A stretch of 64,000 nucleotides of DNA from the NCBI GenBank assembly GCA_020137815.1, contig CM035355.1:6138001-6202000 (forward strand), read 5' to 3'. The translations under genes were made by a program, and so were the position numbers. The notes under the pieces are model-generated. The model saw only the letters and a list, made by a program, of their open reading frames with translations. It was not told where the DNA came from and did no database searches. This document shows, one piece after another, positions 57,101 to 64,000 of the stretch; the first letter of the stretch is position 1, and the number at the start of each line of letters is the position of its first letter. This DNA is from Hormiphora californensis. Taxonomy: Eukaryota > Animalia > Ctenophora.

Positions 57101-60100
57101 AATTGTACTTAAAGTACGTAATATTTGATCGTGGACATTTGAATGTGAAGTAATGGTCTGGTGTGGGACAATGTTCGTGAAGGTATCCGTTTACTTCCAT
57201 CGGTTTGCACTCTGCCGATGATGAAATCTCCCCTCCAACAACTCTTGTCAGGAGCAGTCCAAACACAAAAATCAACATCATATTATGCTGAAAAAGTTGT
57301 TTGTCTAAATTTTATTCACAGTTCCCACTAGTAGGTCGATCAGCAAATCAATCGATAATAATAATTCAAATGCTTCAAAAACCACAACACTAATATATCG
57401 GGGTGAACATTGGTAATGATAAGCATATCTCGGGGCTGACAAAGGATGACCATTTGAGCTAACGAACACACTAAATTGTTATGTTCTAACCTAGTGTTCT
57501 AGCTAGGCAAACACTAAACATGCCTATTGGGAATTCGGTGAAACTAGCTTTAGAACTAGCTTTAGAACTAGCTTTAGAACGATTATGGCCCAAAAAAAAC
57601 TAAGGGTACGTTGGCCTTCTTTTCTCCCAGAAGTTTAATTTCGATCACTCTGATATTTTGTCACAATATTTGTATGGTTACTCATTCGAGGAATCCGGAG
57701 TTTCAAAACATAAAAGTGTGAAGTTCATGAATGAACCCAATTTCTCGTTTTTCGGGTTTTTCCACGTTTTCTCCTGGTTAAATTCGATTTTATTCTTAAA
57801 AATAGCAACCATGCATTAGAGTAAACAATAATAAATGGCAATCCGAGTTTTTATTAAAAATGAATCAAGTTTAGTTGGTGAAATAAATGATTAAAAAACG
57901 GTCATTTTTATCAAACATCGATTTTAACCCGTTTTGACAAGAAATTGGTAAATTCAGGCGCTAAAAATTCGTACGGCCATTACACTTGATCGATATTAAT
58001 GTTAGCTAGAATTTCGGCTCTCTATCTAAAAAATTCATTTTTACGACTGGAATGAATCCTAAATGAACTTGAAAACAAAAAAGGTATTCCAAATCGGAAT
58101 TTCACAGTCGACTTTGGGTAACGATTTCCTTTCAAACGCGACTAATTTTAGCTCAATTGGACTACCACAAGAGACACAGTGGCCACTTTTCCGACACTAA
58201 GTCTGGTTAAGTGACCCCTATTGGACCGCTAGCGTCATTACTAAGTGCCAATAAGCAGGTGTAACGGTCGCGTATCACGTATCACATCTGCTAATTAGGA
58301 CGGTATACCGATACAGCGTCCGTTAGAATGTAAGTTCTCTTGCTAACACGTCATAATTTGATGGGGATCACATGACCCAGCCTAGGCTAGGTAAACTGGT
58401 CACTGTGATTCTTGTGGTGATCCAATTAAGCTCAAACTGGTCGCGTTCGAAAGAAAATCGATAGCCAAACAAATTTGTAAAACTTTGGTACCAAAATATG
58501 GCCCCGTTTTGGCGTTCATTAAATGTTCATTCGGGCGAAAAAAATGAATTTTCATCCAGAGGGCTGAAACTCCGGATTCCTCGAATGAGTAACCATACAA
58601 ATATTGTGACAAAACATCAGGGTGATTGAAATTAAATTTCTAGGAGAAAAGAAGGCCAACGTACCCTTAGTTTTTTTTGGGCCACGCGGTATATGCTGGA
58701 TTGTGGTGAAATGCCGCTATAGCTGATATATCATCCGGGTATATCATACATATCCAGCGACCACTAAAGGACCTTACGACCGCACTCCGCACTTTTTTCT
58801 CATTGGCCATTTTAAATCTCGTAACTACGGAAACGAAATGTTTTAACTTGGAAATAAATATAGGATAAGCATGATAATAAGGGATGCTGCTCCCTGACGA
58901 CAGCAAAAGTGGGTGGGTTCACACTTCACACACACACACACATACACACAAACCTGACTCCTAAAGTCCTATTAAAAGAGAGTATTAACACTAAATCTCT
59001 CACAGGTCCTACGAAGGGTCTCTCTGCGTTGGAGAACATGCTTGCTGCGTACCATCTCAAGGGTCACATTGCTAGGATCGTGGGAAATGTGGGAAAGGAT
59101 AAAGAGAGAACGGTAAGTTTATTGAACCATGTTTAATAGTTTTGTAATTTGGAACTGTGTTGGAAGGAAGTTAAGTGCGATTTTTAATAAAGCGAACCGC
59201 TTGCGCGCAAATCAGAGCATTTCACGCGCACCACACGTTGCGCCCTACCAATTTCAATTCAAAACTTGAATTCGCGCGCCCCCGGTTCGCTTTCTTAAAA
59301 ATCGGACTTTATACTGTTCCAAGTGATTACAAGAAGCAATGTTACTGTTTCTATTACCCCCACGTCGAAAAGCAATGAGGCTCTATCACACCTGGCCCTG
59401 TAGTAGCAACAATATCACTAACCACTACTAAAATAAATAATTTCCCTCCTGTAGCTGACGATCCGAAGTAACGAGGTCCTCTGTACATCGCTTCACCATG
59501 AGACATGTTTCTACAGGTAAGCCCCACACTTCGGACCCCGCTCGGGGGTCTTGCCCGGTAAATGGGGGACCCCGGAAAATCGGGGTCCGACTGTATTGCA
59601 ATGAGAACGAACAGTAATTATATGGACTGCAGGAATGAAAACGAAACGGTTCCCCCTCCCTCCTATTATAGGGAACTAATGGTGAAATGGGGGGGGGGGG
59701 GCTGCCGGCTGGGAGGCTATTTACAAATTTTCAACACCAGAAATGGAACAGATTTAAAAAGAGGGCCAGGCGAGATAGAGATCGTACTCCTAGAATTGTA
59801 TTAGAAAGTAGGATCTCTATCTCCCCGCTCTTTAAATCTGTATCATTATGGGGGTAACCAACAGGTGTCTTTTGAATAGAAGACAACGATCTATAAGGCC
59901 CCCATCATGATGCATCACCTGGGTATAGATTGTTGTTGAGTAAGGGGGGAGTAAAAACATTGCCCCTTCCTCAAAAGAAAATGAGCATCATCTTACCCTA
60001 ACAATGACCCCCCTCCCCACCACTGTCAGAGCATTGGCCTGACCATATTATATTCTCATTTCTTTCGGAGCGTGTGAGAACTGTGGTCAGAGCATTGGCC

Positions 60101-61363
60101 TGAGGCTAACAGCCTCACCATCAAGTTCCTTCTCTTCCTTTTATTCACTTGGTGGACCATCGTCTCTCTTGACGGTCGGTTACAATGTTCTAACGCCAAA
60201 TATCCTCTTCTACAGGTTCAGTATAGAGCCGAGCACCCTACAGACCATTAGCCTAACAGTCACGCCCACTAAGGAAGGATTCTGGAACAAAGCTATGACA
60301 GATACCCTCTCAACATACTTTGCCCAAAAGGTGCGTGTGTTTCAATGTCACTAGAAAAAGAACAGTTCTCTGAAATTGGGTGTTGTTAAGAGTCTACTTG
60401 ATGTGTGGTTTAACCCCCCCTTTCTCATATGCATAAAATTATCTGTGTATAAGCAATACATAAGTCTAGCACATAATGCTAATATATAAATCCCCATTCT
60501 TATCTCCATCAGATAGCAGTCCACCCCTTCAAGTACCACGTGGTCAGCAGTTTTATCCGTGTACTGGGTGCCCCCAAGGAGATACTCCAACAGTTTGTGA
60601 ACATTATGGCCTTTGAGTTGAGGCCCGATCCCAGACTACCATGGAAAGTGAGCTGGCTGCCCATGGTACCCCCGCCAATCCACCATGATTTCCTGGACAA
60701 TGGGGTGACAGGGGTGGTCCAGACAAAGAACAAGACACTCTTCTTTGTAAGTTATTTAATTAGTTAACACAACTTAGCTCATTAAAAACAACTATATCAC
60801 ACAGCAGAATCTGTTACACTATCTAGTATCTAGTAATCTCTCCCCTCCCTCTCTTGTCAGCCCAGTAATCTAGTAATCACCCATCCCCTCTGCCCTCCAG
60901 ATCCGGCTGTCCCATGATGAGCGGCCGAGTGACCCAGTTTATATCCCGATGGTCTATGAACAGACTACGGGTATAACCAAGAGCCCGGAACAGTTGATGC
61001 CTAACGATCCAATGGCTCAGAAGATTAGTGAACACTTCAAACTTGTCAACTCCATCTGTATTGACCAAGGTATTATTATTTCTACATTGTAGTAGTGTGT
61101 AGGCCGTAGGGTAGGGTTAGGTCGTTAATTTACCCAGTGGATAGTAGGGTGGGATCGTTACTTTACCGGGTTTGCACTTTTCAAGGGCTGTGTTTCCTTC
61201 ATGATGACTAAGTTAGTAGTTCCTATCAACGTGTGTTGCAATATTTTATAATCCATCATTTCCAGGTAACCCACAAGGACCGGGAACTATCAGTGAGTGT
61301 ATATTGGACCTCCTGAAGAACCTCAGTCCCTGGCCTGTCCCTATGCCAGGACACAAGAAGTGA
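32740..61363 (+). CDS. MED14: Mediator complex subunit 14, about 26 exons, about 1300 aa, hosting nested genes
   Basis: N-terminus [29 protein letters not shown]...[33 protein letters not shown]. Later exons follow MED14 order: [15 protein letters not shown] (39048), [10 protein letters not shown] (44497), [14 protein letters not shown] (45838/47454), S/P-rich IDR (47858-48629), SALENML..HIARIV (59006), [34 protein letters not shown] (60513); TGA at 61361-61363. Confidence 0.92.
34467..35405. mobile_element. Foldback/palindromic MITE in a MED14 intron
   Basis: Inverted arms of about 450 bp (TAGTAGAGGCAATAATTACAC... / ...GTGTAATTATTGCCTCTACTA) with a ~35-bp spacer; candidate TSD ACA (34464-34466, 35406-35408) or TA. 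Confidence 0.9.
35564..37420 (-). CDS. Class A (rhodopsin-family) GPCR, 4 exons, nested antisense in a MED14 intron
   Basis: Exon 1 MNFAHY...ATIGNLL (TM1 GN); exon 2 QAVVDFIVG (TM2 D); exon 3 WC...LAIISVDR joined to [10 protein letters not shown] (DRF); TM6 FMVSWLP; TM7 LNPIIY. Confidence 0.9.
41626..41796 (+). repeat. ~170-bp direct repeat, copy 1
   Basis: Nearly identical to 42392-42564 (CACATCGTG...GAATTGATGAAGTGCTACGACC...CATTCCTCGCATC). Confidence 0.92.
42031..42391 (-). pseudogene. Class A GPCR fragment (TM6, TM7, C-tail only)
   Basis: [21 protein letters not shown]...[17 protein letters not shown]..stop. Upstream it runs straight into the 170-bp repeat; I found no TM1-5 nearby. Confidence 0.75.
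42392..42564 (+). repeat. ~170-bp direct repeat, copy 2
   Basis: Copy of 41626-41796; ends 12 nt before the MED14 exon at 42577. Confidence 0.92.
42798..43342. mobile_element. Foldback-like element with T-rich and A-rich arms
   Basis: Termini G-run-TGCAGCCC-A-run / T-run-GGGGCTGCA-C-run; left arm of TTTTTGATC-type subrepeats mirrored by GATCAAAAAA-type subrepeats. Confidence 0.7.
43868..44117. repeat. (CT)n microsatellite
   Basis: Imperfect CT runs. Confidence 0.9.
44980..45150. repeat. (CT)n microsatellite
   Basis: Imperfect CT runs. Confidence 0.9.
46238..46921 (-). CDS. Orphan 227-aa Pro/Ser-rich protein with N-terminal MGSCYSKK acylation motif, nested antisense in a MED14 intron
   Basis: Intact single-exon ORF inside intron 46023-47453; MGxCxSK start; CTAAC + CCTCCCAG acceptor about 100 nt upstream (47022). 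Confidence 0.7.
   Translation of the reverse strand: MGSCYSKKSSSPSNDSFSDNTSTASSFRRNHRVLRRKKNNTRPVLVNPPSFVYIPAAEFNAKPTPPPAAFADAGPDLPPFLHHQSTLATQRTDPRNPDFNRIYRRSGIVNKQLFLNCGFLVDDQYFTPTPRSPNNPLSPITPGFPDMIPSPAAVPITPGPIPSPQLTSGYFTLNNRTSTTQGAISQTTTYISADGTRDVFSFDENDVAKRKGVNTSSSLQREVIALF
48638..48750. repeat. (AGACAG)n microsatellite
   Basis: Hexamer run just after the MED14 donor at 48630. Confidence 0.95.
49661..51067 (+). CDS. F-box protein with degenerate beta-propeller-like C-terminus, intronless, nested same-strand in a MED14 intron
   Basis: [35 protein letters not shown] is a canonical F-box; the rest is beta-strand rich. ATG 49661 preferred over the track's non-ATG start at 49598. Confidence 0.88.
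   Translation: MFNILPVEICERILCHVDPTTITQCLLVSHHWHATITNLSRVWATACHRANITLPRPLHSAWDYRERLRMLRERCSRLDMRGYRMDGEVGGGVKVISGNGWCVVMVTVSGWLKVVELDSWNVVGETQVEWDGEEVVCCEASEDRVCLCFTSNRVTVYKLDTLTPVYSFNIRSVAEIKCVRLGGGDMVAILAGLMISLWRGGQHVTDFREVSRFSWKLWDGGTCKDGLYDRVLTFTPSLLLAVSPSTFHTISPTDGSHTSVPVPSCTCSTELLATQKCYLWPCVVSSARFTCIRSTCGIHLYNTDSLAHVRTHRVTYNPCERLIAPLSRANIVGVGSKFILCIDPHYFPRLLLIDTQTGGEVSTVGKWKGECEEQISIYLGIYHTSYFVRPTSLNSWLDGDFGDVTTTSSVAALVYRHRDFLSSERIWVFQLENFRVRSGEQCQEFFGSASRSIVARQPPQCQATIVSG
51336..52772 (+). CDS. Cytochrome P450 (CYP46-like/clan 4-like), intronless, nested same-strand in a MED14 intron
   Basis: N-terminal anchor + IPGP, WRRKR, AGYDT I-helix, EAMR (ExxR), PERW, heme motif [11 protein letters not shown]. 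Confidence 0.95.
   Translation: MLLTLSFLLVLLLLSVLYVLSTIAHARYSFRHIPGPPIAHLISGHAGLIIRLMREEGHSYNYRLAWCTQFPTLYVAWLYHTPQICITDAPTLHRYFSQPREKFLYPFLGYCMGTRVMGYNSIFNDPGSEIWRRKRAHFRPFFAASVAHRGHWAGEIEERSQDLLDLLVPGTEVDLVDLSKRFLFDVIAGLVLGDSPGSLHTECPVKDALDTFMSLGFQNALSFTNNIPFFKSEVKRTFLAAVKLCREYGSELVRRRVEEDPTLSHHQDILTLIIQANNGDVESMVDDITVFLLAGYDTAANVLGFVWALLLEHPRVLERAREEARGLERKDAMWFMKLEYIESCCLEAMRLFPVAPVSHRINRRETTIAGYRIPGIPAQIQANSYTQHRNPRYWHDPEEFLPERWGGGFTAPPGTYMPFMIGPRSCISKDLAMTVLKVTLGTLLRERCFERGGGERRIGAKQVFTLHPDRKVMARVIN
53507..53590. mobile_element. 84-bp mini-MITE of the 19285-19998 family
   Basis: TA-CAGTCGGACCCCGATTTACCGGG...GGTAAATCAGGGTCTGACTG-TA. Confidence 0.85.
54102..57281 (-). CDS. LDLa-repeat 7TM receptor (GRL101/LGR-like TM domain, no LRRs), 2 exons, 1031 aa, nested antisense in a MED14 intron
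   Basis: Signal peptide; Cys-rich ectodomain with LDLa-like motifs ([51 protein letters not shown]); LGR-type TMs ([44 protein letters not shown]). Phase-1 intron 54724-54641 joins the two track ORFs. Confidence 0.92.
57586..58689. mobile_element. Non-autonomous Tc1/mariner-like element with ~120-bp TIRs
   Basis: TGGCCCAAAAAAAACTAAGGGTACGTTGGCC...GAGGAATCCGGAGTTTCA is mirrored at about 58565-58684. The right end finishes CACGCGG-TA; the left tip looks truncated. Confidence 0.85.
59532..59593. mobile_element. Degenerate mini-MITE of the CAGTCGGACCCCG family
   Basis: CGGACCCCG...GAAAATCGGGGTCCGACTG-TA. Confidence 0.7.
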
Positions 61364-63195
61364 GGGATGCTTTGTGATCTACCGAACCCTCATAAAATGA
61401 CGGTGTGAGCCACACAAGGGGCTTTGTGATTGAACTGACATTGAGAAAATATGTCATCATCATCCACTGGATCTTATTGATGATACATTGAAGATACATT
61501 CATTATTTATGGTTTACTGTGTCACAGTGAAACAAGATTGGACTGTGTTCAACACATTACACATCCCCAAATGTGCTCTGGCCTCATGGCAACTGTGTAT
61601 AAAATATAAGTGTGGCAGTGTGGCAGTGTGACTGACGACTATGACATGCTACACTGTCCCTCTCAGCTGCCACAGCGTTGCCCACTTTGCAGAGACTAGA
61701 GAGGGACACTGTCTGGAACCCGGACAGCATGTCAATGCAAGTGTGGCCTGGATGATGGTACTCTTTCCCCACTCTTTTATTATTTTGTAACATTGTTTAA
61801 TTTATGTTGCTAATTAGGCACCAACAATTCAATGAGTTCTTTGATTTGCAAACACCGTGTGGGGTTAATGTGTCGCGTGCAGTGGAAACTGTAACGCGCT
61901 AAATAATAATAAAGACGCCGCGCTGCTTTTACTTATGCGCGTTTCAAATTCAAGCTCACAAGATAGTGGAGAGCGCAGCTCCAGACCGCGCAATTCCAAG
62001 CCGCGCATTTTGTTCTTGCTTGCGCGCGCTGTGCCACTTGTTCGTCCATACTCGAGCCGAACCAGAAATTTTTCATTTCCACTTTTGTGGATTCTGGGAG
62101 GTTTGATCCGGACGGTCTGTACAATTTATTTGCGATTTCGATGGTTTTTCTTTATATCCTGTTTTATTTGTGTCGTTATTGATTCTAAACTTACAAATTC
62201 ATCGTTGCCCATGTTTTTCGTTGAAAGAAATTTTTGAAAAAGCTTGAGCAGCCTTCACCAAATGCCTGGATGAATAATTTGTCACTGTTAACTACGTTTT
62301 TGCTAGTTGTGTTGTACGCAGTGTCGATCAGTAGATCGTTACTTTTAGGAGCTGATATGTGTGGTTTACCATCGTCGTAGCTAAAAAAGAATGGGCGCTT
62401 CTTTTTCAGCACAAAAATCTGGTTCAGATACACTATATTGAGTAAAACACTTTTTCACAATCCAGACCCCTATCGTTACATCTATATAGTTTACAGTCTT
62501 AATCTTTGAAACGTTAGAACACTGGCAAACCTCCTCCGCATTTATCACTTAACTGCCGTACAATTTAACAAATTGGGCTGGCGTACTATAAATTTCGATA
62601 TCTCTTGGAAGTCGAAATCTTTTTCGAGTGGAGATTTTAGTCATTCTCTTTTCAATATAATTAGTTGAAGCTTCTAAAGTAAACACTGCCATTGTTTGAA
62701 AAATACAAATGCCTACTGCCTAGCCTGAAAACCACCACTCTTATACAGATGTCAGATAAAATCAGAACCCAGACATGACAATGATCCATCAGAACCATAT
62801 GTCATAAACCAAGTGAGTTGTCTTGGAGATTCTCGATCGCAGGATATTCTAGTAACAACTGTTTTTAGATCTTTCTACATCAATGTCGCAACATCACCCT
62901 CTATAACTATCTTTGCGCTACCCAGGTACCAACTGATATATGATAAACCAGGAATAAAGACTACTAAGTATATGAAGTTTTCACTGCGGTAGCCAGTGCT
63001 TTTCACGATCGAACGATAACCAAAATTTGGGAGACTGGGATGTAGTTGGAACAAGAGACAAGCTTCTACAATGTCCATTGCTAGGCAGGATTACTATATA
63101 TATATATATAGAACGTGGACTACACTGAACACTCACACAACCAATACTAAGAGGTGAATTATCGCAGTAATAGTAATAAATAGTAATATTTTCTC

Positions 63196-64000
63196 TTCCC
63201 TTCCCTTCCTTCCAGTTTCCCTTCCCTTCCGGCTTCCCCTTTCCCTTCCCTTCCGGCTTCCTCCCTTCCCTTCGGCTTCCTTCGGCTTCCCTTCCTTCCC
63301 TTCCCGTCCTTCCCTTCCTCCTTCCCTTCCCTTCCCTTCCCTTCCCTTCCTCTTCCCTTCCTTACCTTACCTTACTTACCTTACTTACCTTACCTTACCT
63401 TACCTTACCTACTTACCTTACTTACCCTTACCTTGACCTTACCTTACCTTACCTTACCTTACCTTACCTTACCTTACCTTACCTTACCTTACCTTACCTT
63501 ACCTTACCTTACCTTTCCTTACCTTACCTTACCTTACCTTACCTTACCTTACCTTACCTTACCTTACCTTACCTTACCTTACCTTACCTTACCTTACCTT
63601 ACCTTACCTTACCTTACCTTACCTTACCTTACCTTACCTTACCTTACCTTACCTTACCTTACCTTACCTGTACCTTACTCTTCACCTTGACCTTACCTTA
63701 AACCTTACCTTACCTTACCTTCCTTACCTTACCTTACCTACCTTCTTACCTACCTTACCTTACCTTACCTTACCTTACCTTACCTTACCTTACCTACCTA
63801 CTTACCTTACCTTACCTTACCTTACCTTACCTTACCTTACCTTACCTTACCTTACCTTACCTTACCTTACCTTACCTTACCTTACCTTTCCTTACCTTTC
63901 CTTACCCTTCCCTGTCCCTTTCCCTTCCCTTCCCTTCCCTTCCCTTCCTTCCCTTCCCTTCCCTTCCTTCCCTTCCCTTCCCTTCCCTTCCTTCCCTTCC
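63196..64000. repeat. Pentanucleotide satellite (CTTCC)n / (CTTAC)n
   Basis: About 800 bp running to the window end; CTTCC flanks around a CTTAC core. Confidence 0.95.

Noticed and set aside
62268-62990. Possible exons of a gene after MED14 (signal-peptide-like MNNLSLLTTFLLVVLYAVS; acceptor/donor pairs near 62749-62812 and 62869-62988)
   Set aside because: I could not join them into a consistent open frame or recognise a family.
63196-64000. Telomere-like repeat at the window end
   Set aside because: Units are CTTAC/CTTCC rather than TTAGGG or TTAGG, and they grade into each other like an ordinary satellite.

Overview
Compact, intron-rich animal genomic DNA with a 100-N scaffold gap at 997-1096. 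It is probably a ctenophore (inference from the LDLa-7TM receptor, the GPCR style and a lineage-typical secreted repeat domain). All gene models were assembled by hand from GT-AG sites and family assignments are from recalled motifs, not searches. In order: a CINP-like gene (-); a secreted repeat+Sushi protein (+) whose intron holds a 9.5-kb LTR element with PBS, PPT and TSD but no gag/pol ORF; then a tight co-directional run TVP23-WDR33-AGPAT1/2-MED14 (+). MED14 (about 26 exons, 32.7-61.4 kb) hosts nested genes in five introns: a class A GPCR (-), a GPCR fragment between direct repeats (-), a myristoylated orphan (-), a same-strand F-box + cytochrome P450 pair (+), and an LRR-less LDLa-GPCR (-). 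Most start codons sit just downstream of an unpartnered 3' splice acceptor, often tandemly duplicated, which suggests spliced-leader trans-splicing and operon-like transcription. Introns are dense in MITEs, foldback elements and microsatellites.
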